Source: SAR324 cluster bacterium
GTDB taxonomy: Bacteria > SAR324 > NAC60-12
Assembly: GCA_022448485.1 (NCBI GenBank)
Contig: JAKUUI010000006.1
Coordinates: 4,740-68,739 of the forward strand
DNA length: 64,000 bases
Direction of reading: 5' to 3'
In this document: positions 19,890 to 30,308 of the stretch, piece after piece
Numbering within the stretch: the stretch's first letter is position 1
Layout: each line of letters opens with the position of its first letter
Translations under genes and position numbers: made by a program
Notes under the pieces: model-generated
What the model saw: only the letters and a program-made list of their open reading frames with translations
What the model was told of the DNA's origin: nothing
Databases searched by the model: none

Positions 19890-21113
19890 ATGCTTATACT
19901 GAAACTTGCCTTCCGGAATTTATTACGGCACAAGAGTCGCAGCCTGCTTTGCGGGCTGACCATTATGGGAGCATTTATTTTATTTTCCATCTCCCTGGGA
20001 TTTAGTGACGGTAGCTATGGCAGCTTGATCAGGATGCTCACTGATACCCAATCCGGACACGTACAAGTCCACCGTCAAGGCTATTTGGAGCGTCCGTCGC
20101 TTTTCCGACATTTTCAACTCTCGCAGGAAATCAAACAGCAACTGAACGATCATCCTCAAGTTCAGGCCTGGACTACGCGAATATTTTCCTCAGCACTTGT
20201 ATTTGGAGAAAAAAAATCGAGCATTGCACGACTCATGGCTGTTGATCCGGATCAGGAATCACAGGTCACACGGATACGGGAAAAAGTCAAAGCTGGAAAG
20301 TTTTTGAGCGATACCACCGATGTCTATAACCCAATTTTAATTGGAAGTCATTTACAAAAACTAATTCAAGTCAAAGTAGGAGAAGAAGTCGCTTTCATCG
20401 GACAGGGTGCAGACGGTTCGGTAGCCAATGATTTGTTTACGGTAGTTGGTATTGTAGGCAAAGGATCTGATGATGCGGAAAGCAGACGGGTTTACCTGCC
20501 ACTAAAAAACGCTCAGGAATTTTTATCATTGGGTGATCGAATTCATGAAGTGACCATACGTCTGGATCATTTTAATCTTGCACGAAAAGAGGCAGAATCA
20601 TTGAGAAATATTTTGAACAATGAAGCCCTTGATGTTCAGCCCTGGCAGGTTGTTGAGGAACAGTTTTACAAGGCCATGATGGCGGATCAACAGGGAAACT
20701 GGATCTCACAGGGAGTGATTATGCTGATTGTAGGCCTGGTGATTTTGATCACAGTCTTGATGAATGCTTTTGAACGCCGGCACGAATTTGGAGTATTGTT
20801 AGCACTCGGAACACCACCGGGTTTTATCTTTCGCTCGATAGTTTTGGAAATGACTTTGTTGAGTGGACTTAGTGTTTTAGTCGGGTCATTTTTCGCTTAC
20901 GGCCTGAACTGGTATTATTCTGTTGACGGTATCAAGCTGGAAACCCCTTTGGAGTACGGCGGGGTTGTTTTCAATCAAATGTTGAGTGAAAACTCAATGT
21001 CTGTTTTGCTCATTCCTGCAATTTTCAGCATTTGTGTTACTTTTTTAGTGGCTCTGTATCCTGCAATAAAATCTGCACGGGCTGTTCCGATTGAAGCAAT
21101 AAGGGAGAATTAG
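19890..21113 (+). CDS. ABC transporter permease, MacB/LolC-type (FtsX domain)
   Basis: 407 aa. The N-terminus LKLAFRNLLRHKSRS precedes TM1, a periplasmic domain of about 230 aa, and three C-terminal TM segments. Confidence 0.88.
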   Translation: MLILKLAFRNLLRHKSRSLLCGLTIMGAFILFSISLGFSDGSYGSLIRMLTDTQSGHVQVHRQGYLERPSLFRHFQLSQEIKQQLNDHPQVQAWTTRIFSSALVFGEKKSSIARLMAVDPDQESQVTRIREKVKAGKFLSDTTDVYNPILIGSHLQKLIQVKVGEEVAFIGQGADGSVANDLFTVVGIVGKGSDDAESRRVYLPLKNAQEFLSLGDRIHEVTIRLDHFNLARKEAESLRNILNNEALDVQPWQVVEEQFYKAMMADQQGNWISQGVIMLIVGLVILITVLMNAFERRHEFGVLLALGTPPGFIFRSIVLEMTLLSGLSVLVGSFFAYGLNWYYSVDGIKLETPLEYGGVVFNQMLSENSMSVLLIPAIFSICVTFLVALYPAIKSARAVPIEAIREN

Positions 21114-21114
21114 A

Positions 21115-22338
21115 ATGCTCTGGAAACTGGCGTGGCGTAACCTGTGGAGAAATCGCACCCGTACTTGGCTTTCAGCGACAGTGATTGCGATTGGTTTGAT
21201 GGCCCTGATTTTCGTGGACACTATGGTGGAGGGTATGAGCGTCAATATGGTCAAGAATGCAACCGATACCATAATGGGTCATGCACAAATACACGCACAA
21301 GGTTTTAGAGATGAGTACGATGTCAAACTCACCATCAATAATTTGGATGTAATGCTGACGCATCTGAGGGACCATCCTGATTTGAAGGATATGAGTATGA
21401 GAGTAGTAACTTACAGTATGCTCTCTTCGGCCGAAGGGGTAGAGCCGATACTTACTTTAGGAATAGATCCGGAAGAAGAAAAAAAGCTTTCTAAATTTGA
21501 TGAAGCAATTATTGCCGGTGATTATATTAGCTCTGTTTCAGGCGGAGACTTAATTCTTGGCTGGAAACTGGCAGAGAAAATGGAGTTGCGTCTTGGGGAG
21601 CGGCTGGTGCTCACTGCAGTGGATGCTGAGTCTGGAGAAATGGTTCAAGAGTTATTTCGTCTGAGTGGAATATATAAAACCGGAGATAACGAAATGGACG
21701 CCTCCATGGCATTGGCACCTCGTGAAACTCTCCAGCACATGCTCAAACTGGAAGGAAAAATTCATGAAATTGCTATGCGTTATGCTCATATGAACGAAAA
21801 GGGTACTCCTGCCATACCTGTGACAAAACCGGATAAAGAATCTGGTAATGATCTGTCGTTGTGGACAGAACTGATGCCAGCGATGCAGGCTGCGTTGCAA
21901 TTGACAGATCAAAGCATGGCTATCATGGGCTTGATTTTATTTTTTATTGTTGCACTCGGGATCACCAACACCTTATTGATGGGGCTTTACGAGCGAATGT
22001 TTGAATTCGGTATCATCAAGTCGATTGGCACCACTCCGTGGCAAACCGCACGCCTGATGGTGTATGAAGCGTTTTGCCTTGGTGTTTTTGGCTCAATTGT
22101 GGGATTGATGCTTGCAGTTATTGTGACCATCTTGTTTGCAAAATACGGAATTGACTATACAGGCATAGAGTATTCTGGGATTACTTTTCAAGAAAAAATC
22201 TATCCATCCATACGCTTGGAGCGTTTGGTAGTTTATCCATTTTGGAGTTTGGGGTTTACACTGGTTGCGTCGCTCTATCCAGCCTTTAAACTCTGGCGCA
22301 TACTGCCTGTTGAAGCTCTGAGGAAACGGAAATTTTAA
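21115..22338 (+). CDS. ABC transporter permease, MacB/LolC-type (FtsX domain), paralogue of the previous gene
   Basis: 407 aa with the same architecture (MLWKLAWRNLWRNRTRT...). It starts 1 nt after the previous stop. Confidence 0.88.
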   Translation: MLWKLAWRNLWRNRTRTWLSATVIAIGLMALIFVDTMVEGMSVNMVKNATDTIMGHAQIHAQGFRDEYDVKLTINNLDVMLTHLRDHPDLKDMSMRVVTYSMLSSAEGVEPILTLGIDPEEEKKLSKFDEAIIAGDYISSVSGGDLILGWKLAEKMELRLGERLVLTAVDAESGEMVQELFRLSGIYKTGDNEMDASMALAPRETLQHMLKLEGKIHEIAMRYAHMNEKGTPAIPVTKPDKESGNDLSLWTELMPAMQAALQLTDQSMAIMGLILFFIVALGITNTLLMGLYERMFEFGIIKSIGTTPWQTARLMVYEAFCLGVFGSIVGLMLAVIVTILFAKYGIDYTGIEYSGITFQEKIYPSIRLERLVVYPFWSLGFTLVASLYPAFKLWRILPVEALRKRKF

Positions 22339-22354
22339 TCAACAACAAGGTACC

Positions 22355-23044
22355 ATGTCTGAAATTGTCATTGCCAGCAAGAATGTCTCCAAGCATTTCG
22401 GCGAGGGTGAAGCTCAGGTTCACGCACTCCGGGAGGTCGATTTAGATATCAATATCGGTGATTTTGCCGCTATTGTCGGTCCTTCTGGTTCAGGAAAAAC
22501 GACTTTGCTAAATATTTTATGTGGTCTTGATAAAGTCAGTTCCGGTGATATTCAGGTTTCCGGACGTTCACTACAGGACATGAGTGGAAGTGAACTGGCT
22601 AAATTTCGTCGTGAACACATTGGCTTGGTCTTTCAGGCATATAACCTGATTCCAGTCTTGACAGTCATGGAGAATATTGAATATGTGATGCTGCTGCAAA
22701 ATGTACCAGTAGCAGAACGTAAAGAACGGGTGGAAAAATTTCTTACCGAGGTCGGTTTGGAAGGTAAGGGAAATAGGTTCCCAGTAGAGCTTTCTGGAGG
22801 TCAGCAGCAGCGTGTTGCCATAGCACGAGCCATGGTTTCGCATCCGGACATTATTCTCGCTGATGAACCGACCGCAAATTTGGATTCCGAAACAGGTGTA
22901 CTACTGCTAGATATGATGCGAAAATTCAACGAAGAATTTCAAATGACGTTTGTTTTTTCCACTCATGATCCTCAAATAATGGAACGCGCCAAACGCATGG
23001 TGACGCTGACCGATGGCCATATTGTCTCGGATGAAATCAAGTAG
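22355..23044 (+). CDS. ABC transporter ATP-binding protein (LolD/MacB-type)
   Basis: 229 aa with Walker A GPSGSGKTT, signature LSGGQQQRVAIARA and Walker B IILADEPT. Confidence 0.93.
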   Translation: MSEIVIASKNVSKHFGEGEAQVHALREVDLDINIGDFAAIVGPSGSGKTTLLNILCGLDKVSSGDIQVSGRSLQDMSGSELAKFRREHIGLVFQAYNLIPVLTVMENIEYVMLLQNVPVAERKERVEKFLTEVGLEGKGNRFPVELSGGQQQRVAIARAMVSHPDIILADEPTANLDSETGVLLLDMMRKFNEEFQMTFVFSTHDPQIMERAKRMVTLTDGHIVSDEIK

Positions 23045-24284
23045 TTATATTTCGGGAAGGCAAAAAAATAATTTCTTTTTCCGACACATTCTACCGGCTT
23101 TGCTTTGGTCCAGCATTTTAGTCCCGGAGGCTTATACAGCTGAGTTTTCTTTCAGCACAAAAAGTTTAATTGCCTCTCAAAACTCCTCACAAACTAGTAC
23201 CAATTTTTTCTTTAATCGCTTGCGAGCTCAAACCCACCTTGATTTGTCAGAGAATTGTGCAACGGAGTTAGAGTATGAATTATTTCCTGCCTGGATTGAT
23301 TCCGCAGCACTCGTCAGCACTATCTCGATTAAGAACTCAAACACTAGAATTTACAGAATAGCTGACCTGAATCATTCCCTGACTGGAAAACCAGAAGTCG
23401 CTGATACCTCTGAACATTGGCAGGTTGAGCAAAATTTAGATCGTGCTCTGCTGCGTTGCCAGACTGGTAACTGGGAGTATATTATTGGCCGGCAAGCTGT
23501 GAATTTTGGTGGAATGTCAGTCAGCCCAACCGATATTTTTGCGCCCGTTTCTTTCAAGGCACTGGATCAGGAATTCAGGCCGGGTGTAGATGCGTTCCGG
23601 ATTTTTGGAGGATTCGGAGAAACAGCCGAAATGGAAGCGGGAATAATAACGGGAAAAGATAATGCTTCAAAAAATAATGGTGCTTATTTACGTTCACATT
23701 TTTTACTTGGAACAACCGATCTGACTCCAATACTGGCCGGTAATAAAAAAAATCAACTGCTCGGCCTGACTTTGCAGGCAGATTTAGGACTAGTGGGGCT
23801 GGTCATTGATGGAGCCATGATTTTACAACGAAGATCTACTCTGGAAACAGCTGAGGAAGTTTTTAAAATATGGACTCCGTGGACTCTAGGTCTGAATTTG
23901 CAATGGAGTGAAAACCTGTTCACCATGCTCGATTTTCATCATAATCCAATGGGAGCAGAAAAACCAAAAAATTATCTGAGCAATGCTTCTTCCGCGATAT
24001 ACCAGGAATTTCCTATTTCGTTGTTAGGCAGGAATTATTTGCTGCCGACTCTGACCTATCAATTTTCGCCACTTTGGTCTTTGAGCAGTTCTACATTTTC
24101 CAACCTTAACGACGGTTCATCATTGAACACCTCACAACTTGAATGGAGCATTTCAGAAGATTCGCTCCTTTCCTGTAGCATCAGTTTTGCGTCCGGTAAA
24201 AGATCTGTATTGCCTGAAGAGAAACAATCTGAATTTGGGGACCTCCCAAATTCGTTTCAGCTTATTCTAAAACATTATCGTTAA
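23031..24284 (+). CDS. Hypothetical secreted protein, predicted outer-membrane barrel (DUF1302 / alginate-export-like pattern)
   Basis: ATG 23031 overlaps the ATPase stop by 14 nt. It has a signal-like N-terminus (ILPALLWSSILVPEAYTA). The segment LDRALLRCQTGNWEYIIGRQAVNFGG resembles the conserved segment of porin-like export barrels. The function is inferred only. Confidence 0.6.
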   Translation: MKSSSYISGRQKNNFFFRHILPALLWSSILVPEAYTAEFSFSTKSLIASQNSSQTSTNFFFNRLRAQTHLDLSENCATELEYELFPAWIDSAALVSTISIKNSNTRIYRIADLNHSLTGKPEVADTSEHWQVEQNLDRALLRCQTGNWEYIIGRQAVNFGGMSVSPTDIFAPVSFKALDQEFRPGVDAFRIFGGFGETAEMEAGIITGKDNASKNNGAYLRSHFLLGTTDLTPILAGNKKNQLLGLTLQADLGLVGLVIDGAMILQRRSTLETAEEVFKIWTPWTLGLNLQWSENLFTMLDFHHNPMGAEKPKNYLSNASSAIYQEFPISLLGRNYLLPTLTYQFSPLWSLSSSTFSNLNDGSSLNTSQLEWSISEDSLLSCSISFASGKRSVLPEEKQSEFGDLPNSFQLILKHYR

Positions 24285-24295
24285 GACAAGGCCAA

Positions 24296-25009
24296 ATGGA
24301 AAACTCAGAGAAAAAAGTTGTCATGATCTCCGGAGCCAATCGTGGGATCGGCAGTGCTATTGCGGAAAAACTATTGAGTGAACATTATCTGCTAAGTTTG
24401 GGGGTACGTAACCCCGAACACCTTCCCGAATCGCTTGCTTCTGTGCGGGAAACGCAGCTGCTCTGCCATAAATACGATGCCCGAGACGGTGATTCAGCCA
24501 AATCTTGGGTCGATGCAACCGTAAAACAATTTGGAAGCCTCGACGTTCTGATCAACAATGCCGGCATTCTTCACACTACCGGACTTGAAGATGAAGAAGA
24601 AGATTTGCTGGACGATATGTGGGAAGTCAACGCCAAGGCTCCACTGCGCTTAACTCGGCTAGTTTTTCCTTACTTGCGAAAATCTGGTTCAGGACGCATT
24701 ATTGATATAATTTCCATGTCAGGAAAACGAGTCAAGGGAAATTGGGTTGGATACTCGATGAGTAAATATGCTGCATTGGCTGCGTCCCACACTGCCAGCC
24801 TCCAAGGCTGGGAAGACGGAATTCGAGTAACAAATATTTGTCCCGGGTTCGTGCAATCTGACATGACTATTACTAATGCGCCTTCGTTTCCTCAAGAAAA
24901 AATGTCCCGTCCTGAAGATGTGGCAAAAGTTGTCAGTACTTTACTTCTCCTGCCAAATGAATCCGCTATTCCCGAGGTGATGATGAATTGCGTTTTTGAA
25001 ACAATCTGA
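24296..25009 (+). CDS. Short-chain dehydrogenase/reductase
   Basis: 237 aa with the cofactor motif GANRGIGSA, NNAG, and the catalytic YSMSK. Confidence 0.88.
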   Translation: MENSEKKVVMISGANRGIGSAIAEKLLSEHYLLSLGVRNPEHLPESLASVRETQLLCHKYDARDGDSAKSWVDATVKQFGSLDVLINNAGILHTTGLEDEEEDLLDDMWEVNAKAPLRLTRLVFPYLRKSGSGRIIDIISMSGKRVKGNWVGYSMSKYAALAASHTASLQGWEDGIRVTNICPGFVQSDMTITNAPSFPQEKMSRPEDVAKVVSTLLLLPNESAIPEVMMNCVFETI

Positions 25010-25185
25010 GCATTCAAATAGAATTTTAATTGTTATTTTGCCTAAACACTTTAAAATTAAAAAAGGTGAAAAAGTAGTATCCTACCTTTTTGTTTCAGAA
25101 ATCTAGAATAAGATTACAAGCGTTTTAGTGGAATAAAGATTTTGGCGGAACAAGAAAAAAAACTTTTTTCCCTGAAGGGGTGTTC

Positions 25186-25830
25186 GTGCGAATTATTCTA
25201 CTTGGTCCTCCAGGTGCTGGAAAAGGCACACAAGCTCAAAATTTGATCCGTGACTACGGTCTGGTACAGCTTTCTACCGGTGACATGTTACGAGCTGCCG
25301 TCAAATCTGGATCCGAAATCGGTAAACAAGCCAAAGCGGTGATAGATTCCGGAGCTCTTGTTTCAGATGAAATAGTTATCGGCTATGTCCGTAATCGGAT
25401 TGCACAGCCTGATTGTGCCAATGGCTATATGCTAGACGGGTTCCCGCGTAATTTGACCCAAGCAAAAAAACTAGACGAAATGTTGGCCTCCCAGAATGAG
25501 CAGATCGACAAAGTAGTTGAGTTGTGTGTCAATGATGCGGCACTAGTAGCACGAATTGCCGGACGACGTTTTCATATGGCGAGCGGACGCAGTTACCATA
25601 TTGAATTTAATCCTCCAAAAATCGAAGGGAAAGATGATGAAACTGGTGAACCGCTTGTTCAACGTGAGGATGATAAAGAAGATACTGTGGAATTCCGCCT
25701 GAATACCTACCACGAACAAACATCTCCTTTAGTTGAATACTACGGAGAAAAAGGAGTTCTTGGTAGTGTTGACGGCATGGGCACTCCGGATGAAATATAT
25801 TCCAGAATTAAGGAGGCACTGGCAGAGTAG
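25186..25830 (+). CDS. adk: Adenylate kinase
   Basis: The P-loop is GPPGAGKGTQ. A GTG at 25186 gives the usual MRIILLG start, with GAAGGGG just upstream. The ORF track starts at GTG 25180. Confidence 0.92.
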   Translation: MRIILLGPPGAGKGTQAQNLIRDYGLVQLSTGDMLRAAVKSGSEIGKQAKAVIDSGALVSDEIVIGYVRNRIAQPDCANGYMLDGFPRNLTQAKKLDEMLASQNEQIDKVVELCVNDAALVARIAGRRFHMASGRSYHIEFNPPKIEGKDDETGEPLVQREDDKEDTVEFRLNTYHEQTSPLVEYYGEKGVLGSVDGMGTPDEIYSRIKEALAE

Positions 25831-25966
25831 GCTGGTTTAATTCCATTTTGAATGTTTCCACACTAGTCTGAGATACTTCTAGTATCTGTTATAGTAATTT
25901 TGCCGTCATTACACTTTCGATAGATTAACGTTCATGGCGATAATAAAACCTAGAAAATAAACTCCA

Positions 25967-27859
25967 TTGACAGTCAACTCAATTAAATATGATGTCCTCG
26001 TGATTGGAGCAGGACATGCTGGCTGTGAAGCTGCATTGGCGTCTGCCAGAATGGGAGCTAAAACTTTGCTCATTACTTTGTCGCGCGAAACGATTGCGCA
26101 AATGTCCTGTAATCCTGCTATCGGCGGAATTGGCAAAGGACATTTGGTCAAGGAAATTGACGCGCTGGGCGGAGAAATGGGAAAGGTCGCAGATGCTACT
26201 GGAATACAGTTCCGTGTGCTCAATGCCTCCCGCGGTGCTGCTACCCGCGGATCCCGCTGTCAGTCTGATTTTCTAGCCTACAAAACAGTTATGCGTCAGG
26301 TCCTGGAAAAACAGTCTGGACTCAAGATAGTTGAAGGTCTTGCTGAGGAATTATTAATTCAGAAAAATCAGGTGGTCGGCCTCCGTACTGAAAGCGAAGA
26401 GTTTTTTGCAGAAACAATAATTATCACCACAGGTACATTTCTCAACGGCCTCATTCATCGCGGTGCAGAACATATTGAAGCCGGAAGAGTGGCAGAACCT
26501 TCTGTAAAAAAACTTTCTCTATCTCTGGCGAATCAGTCTTTGAAACTGGGGAGAATGAAAACCGGCACACCTGCACGTCTTGACAAACGTACTATTAACT
26601 GGAGTCAACTGGGAATTCAGCCTGGAGACAAACAGCCCAAAAAATTTTCATTTTGGAATACAGAGATTTTATTACCGCAAATACCATGTCACATTGCTTA
26701 CACGAATGAACGAACGCATCAGATTATCAAAAATAATCTGAGCAGGTCTGCACTTTATGGAGGAAAAATTTCCGGAATCGGTCCCCGCTACTGTCCCTCA
26801 ATTGAAGATAAAATTGTTAAGTTTGCAGATAAAAAGCGACATCAGGTATTCTTGGAACCTATGGGATATACAGAAAAAAGCTTGATGATTTATCCCAATG
26901 GATTATCTACCAGTTTGCCGGCTGACGTACAGTTTGAGTTTTTGCGCAGCATTAAGGGTTTGGAAGAAGTTGAAATTTTTGAACCAGGTTATGCTATTGA
27001 ATATGACATGGTGGATCCAACACAATTGAAAGCGACGTTGGAATTAAAAGCAGTGAAAAATCTGTATCTAGCAGGTCAAATCAATGGTACAACAGGTTAT
27101 GAGGAGGCAGCCGCGCAGGGGCTGATGGCAGGAATTAATGCAGTTTTGAAGAGTCGGAAAATTCCGCCGTTTATTTTACGGCGCAATGAAGCGTATATTG
27201 GCGTGATGATAGATGATTTGATCACACGCGGAGTGATAGAACCTTATCGGATGTTCACCTCGCGTGCAGAGTACAGACTGCATTTGCGTGAAGACAATGC
27301 TGATGCCCGTTTAAGCAAAAAGGGTTGGAAATTGGGCGTGCTGCCAGATAAAGAATACCAGCAATTTCAGAAAAAACAGCAGGAAATTTCTCAGTTGTCC
27401 AGAATAGTAAAAGCGGAACGGATTACACCGAATATTTCTGTTCAAACTGAGTTGGAGATTCTTGGAGAAGCCCCACTGAAAACAGCAGTCAAGGTTTCTG
27501 ATTTGCTGAAACGTCCGAAACTGAGTATTGAAAGGCTGCGGGGCTGTGATTCCATCAGTGGTAAAATAGACTGGAACCTGTACTCTCAAACAGTGCGTGA
27601 ACAGGTGGAAATCAACATCAAGTATGCAGGCTATCTGGCTAGGCAAGATCAAGAATTAAAGCACATTAATCAAATCGACAGGATTGCTCTTCCGGAGGAT
27701 TTGCAATTATCTGAAATTCCGGGGCTTTCACGGGAAGTGATTGAAATTTTAGAAAAATCAAAACCTGACACACTTGGACAAGCAAGTCGAATAACCGGCA
27801 TGACGCCAGCAGCAATCACCATTTTACGTGTATATTTGCGTACCAAACAAGCAGCTTAA
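25967..27859 (+). CDS. mnmG: tRNA uridine 5-carboxymethylaminomethyl modification enzyme MnmG (GidA)
   Basis: 630 aa with FAD motif [15 protein letters not shown] and conserved TGTF.NG and [10 protein letters not shown] segments. It uses a TTG start. Confidence 0.93.
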   Translation: MTVNSIKYDVLVIGAGHAGCEAALASARMGAKTLLITLSRETIAQMSCNPAIGGIGKGHLVKEIDALGGEMGKVADATGIQFRVLNASRGAATRGSRCQSDFLAYKTVMRQVLEKQSGLKIVEGLAEELLIQKNQVVGLRTESEEFFAETIIITTGTFLNGLIHRGAEHIEAGRVAEPSVKKLSLSLANQSLKLGRMKTGTPARLDKRTINWSQLGIQPGDKQPKKFSFWNTEILLPQIPCHIAYTNERTHQIIKNNLSRSALYGGKISGIGPRYCPSIEDKIVKFADKKRHQVFLEPMGYTEKSLMIYPNGLSTSLPADVQFEFLRSIKGLEEVEIFEPGYAIEYDMVDPTQLKATLELKAVKNLYLAGQINGTTGYEEAAAQGLMAGINAVLKSRKIPPFILRRNEAYIGVMIDDLITRGVIEPYRMFTSRAEYRLHLREDNADARLSKKGWKLGVLPDKEYQQFQKKQQEISQLSRIVKAERITPNISVQTELEILGEAPLKTAVKVSDLLKRPKLSIERLRGCDSISGKIDWNLYSQTVREQVEINIKYAGYLARQDQELKHINQIDRIALPEDLQLSEIPGLSREVIEILEKSKPDTLGQASRITGMTPAAITILRVYLRTKQAA

Positions 27860-27894
27860 ACCACCTACTGATCCCATATTTCAAGAGTGCAACA

Positions 27895-28770
27895 ATGTCA
27901 CATCGTAATGGAGTGATCAGCGTTTTGGTCGCTCTTCCTTTTGTTAGTATGACCGGACTGTTTGGAAAATTTCTCAGTCATTCTCCTTTATTGATCGTGC
28001 AAGGCAGGACCGTTTTTGCCTTTGGCGCGCTGTTGTTGGCATTGTTCGCTATCCGAAAGGCAATCTTTTTCAAGAATTATCGGGAATGGGCCTGGTTGAT
28101 GGTGAGTGGAACAGTTTTGGCGGTACATTGGATTGCATTTTTTCAGGCAATTCAAGTTTCCACAGTTGCGATTGGATTGCTCTCTTTTTCCAGTTACCCA
28201 TTGTTCACCACTTTTCTGGAACCACTCTTTTTCCGTGAGCAACTACGACGCCGGAATGTCCTGGCTGTGTTGCTTGTGATTTGCGGCTTGGCACTTATGG
28301 CCACTTCTAATAATGATGATTCTAACGCAATTATATCAGGTTCTGTTGTTCAGGGAGTGTTATGGGGCTTGGTGTCAGGTCTCGGCTTTGCAGTGCTTAC
28401 CTTACTTAATCGTGGACATGTCCGCAATCATTCTCCGTTATTGCTCACCTGCTGGCAAAATGGTATTGCAGCATTGGTGATCCTGCCCTGGTCGTGGTCG
28501 GAATCATGGGATCTCAGCGGAAAAGACTGGGGTTTGTTGTTCATTCTAGGTGTTGTTTGTACAGTAGGAGGGCATACTTTGTTGATCAACGGCTTGCGCC
28601 ACGTCCGAGCTCAAGTGGTGAGTTTGCTGATTGCAGGAATGGAACCAGTCTTTGCAATTTTATTTGCACTTTTTTTGCTGGGAGAAACTCCTTCCGGGCA
28701 AACCTTGCTGGGAGGTGTCCTGATAATAGTAACTACTGTTTTTATGATTAGCAGGTCTGAACAAAGTTAA
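27895..28770 (+). CDS. EamA/DMT-family transporter
   Basis: 291 aa with about 10 TM segments arranged as two EamA-like halves. Confidence 0.8.
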   Translation: MSHRNGVISVLVALPFVSMTGLFGKFLSHSPLLIVQGRTVFAFGALLLALFAIRKAIFFKNYREWAWLMVSGTVLAVHWIAFFQAIQVSTVAIGLLSFSSYPLFTTFLEPLFFREQLRRRNVLAVLLVICGLALMATSNNDDSNAIISGSVVQGVLWGLVSGLGFAVLTLLNRGHVRNHSPLLLTCWQNGIAALVILPWSWSESWDLSGKDWGLLFILGVVCTVGGHTLLINGLRHVRAQVVSLLIAGMEPVFAILFALFLLGETPSGQTLLGGVLIIVTTVFMISRSEQS

Positions 28771-28818
28771 TACAGGGACAATCCATACTGTAAAAATAAA
28801 AGTCAGAAAATTGAAAAT

Positions 28819-30300
28819 ATGACTGAATCTAATAAAAACAACAGTAGAAATAAAACAGGTTCAATTGAAGGCAAAATTGTTCCTACTGCAGCAGGTTTGG
28901 ATAAAAAACCAATACGTGTGAGAAAAAAATCCAGAGCTCTTCAGAATGACAATCCTCAAGTTTCAAAGTGGCAGGGAGACAAAGAATTAAAGATCAAAAG
29001 TGCTCAAACACAAAACTCAAAACGCAAGACTCAAGACTCTATTGGTCTGCCGTGGAAGCGTAAAAGAAACGTTTGTTCGGTTACAGAAGATGAATACACT
29101 TTCGGTCCTCCGCCTAAATCAACAAAAAAATTAAAGCAGCGACGTTCTGCTACACAAAAAAATATGCGCAGCAGGTTTTTCGGTGAACAAGGAAAACTCA
29201 TGCTGGAAGCACTGCGAATTCCTGAGAATGGACAAAGTGCTCACCAAGTTACACATGGATTTCATCCATATCCAGGACGCTTCCATCCCGATCTACCAAA
29301 AATATTGCTCAAGCAGTTTCCCGCAGGAAGTATTGTATTTGATCCTTTCATGGGTGGAGGGACTGTTTTGCTGGAGGGTTTGCTGCGGCAGCACCAAGTG
29401 CTTGGAAATGATCTCAACCCAATTGCAAACATGGTGACAAAGGAGCGTTGTCGTTGGATTTCTGAAAAAAATGCCGGCCGTGTTTGGCGTGCATTGGAGG
29501 ACGTGCGGGAACGAGTTATGACGCGAAGCATGGAGAAACGCCAGGTTCGCCGCAGGAATGTCAACTGGCTGAATAAATTTCACCCCCCATATTTGTTTGT
29601 TGAACTTTTGCACTGGATTGACGGTATTGAGAATCTACGTTCTGCAAATGAGCGTGATACCTTACGTGCTGTCTTTTCGAGTTTGATCGTCAAATTTTCC
29701 AATAAAATTTCAGAGACTACTGAATACACCAAGCCCCCTTCTTTTCCTAAAGGTGCAGTCGGAAAATGGATGGAACGTAAAACGCAAGAATTGCTTGAAA
29801 ATCAGCTCGAATTGGCAAAAATAATTCAGAATACTAGACCTGCAAAAATTTGGAACGAGAATATTTTGAAACTGGAGGGTCCGGAAGAAAACTCGGTACA
29901 TTGCACCATCACCAGTCCACCATTTCCTGGGACCTACGATTATCTTGAACTTCATGAACTCCGGATGAAATGGCTGGATTATTCTACAAATACAATGTCC
30001 TCTGGAGAAATCACGAACCGTAATTATTCTCCAAAACAATGGAAGCAGGTTTTTCGTGAATTTATGCTGAAACTGCGTAGATTGACTGCAGAAGATGGAG
30101 TGTGCTATCTGGTGTTAGCTGACTGGATTGAGCGGAATAAACGTGTTAGCGGTCTGGAATTTACACAAAAATATGCAGATAGCGTTGGTTGGAAAGTAGA
30201 TGGAAGTGCTTCAGTCCAGCGGGAAATATTTGATTCTAAGCTACTAAAATCTTTTGGAAAAACTGGAAAGTGGGAGCACTTGATTTTGCTGCGGCACTGA
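28819..30300 (+). CDS. SAM-dependent methyltransferase (N6/N4 DNA-methylase-like) with a Lys/Arg-rich N-terminal extension
   Basis: 493 aa. Motif I is VFDPFMGGGTVLLEG, preceded by HGFHPYPGRFHP. Motif IV is ITSPPFPGTYDY, about 190 aa later. The first 130 aa or so are low-complexity and basic. No restriction or specificity partner is adjacent. Confidence 0.7.
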   Translation: MTESNKNNSRNKTGSIEGKIVPTAAGLDKKPIRVRKKSRALQNDNPQVSKWQGDKELKIKSAQTQNSKRKTQDSIGLPWKRKRNVCSVTEDEYTFGPPPKSTKKLKQRRSATQKNMRSRFFGEQGKLMLEALRIPENGQSAHQVTHGFHPYPGRFHPDLPKILLKQFPAGSIVFDPFMGGGTVLLEGLLRQHQVLGNDLNPIANMVTKERCRWISEKNAGRVWRALEDVRERVMTRSMEKRQVRRRNVNWLNKFHPPYLFVELLHWIDGIENLRSANERDTLRAVFSSLIVKFSNKISETTEYTKPPSFPKGAVGKWMERKTQELLENQLELAKIIQNTRPAKIWNENILKLEGPEENSVHCTITSPPFPGTYDYLELHELRMKWLDYSTNTMSSGEITNRNYSPKQWKQVFREFMLKLRRLTAEDGVCYLVLADWIERNKRVSGLEFTQKYADSVGWKVDGSASVQREIFDSKLLKSFGKTGKWEHLILLRH

Positions 30301-30308
30301 ATGGGTTG

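Noticed and set aside
25831-25966. A replication origin next to mnmG (gidA), or in the AT-rich tract at 58586-59127.
   Set aside because: No cluster of DnaA boxes (TTATCCACA or close variants) is visible in either spacer, and the mnmG spacer is only 136 bp.
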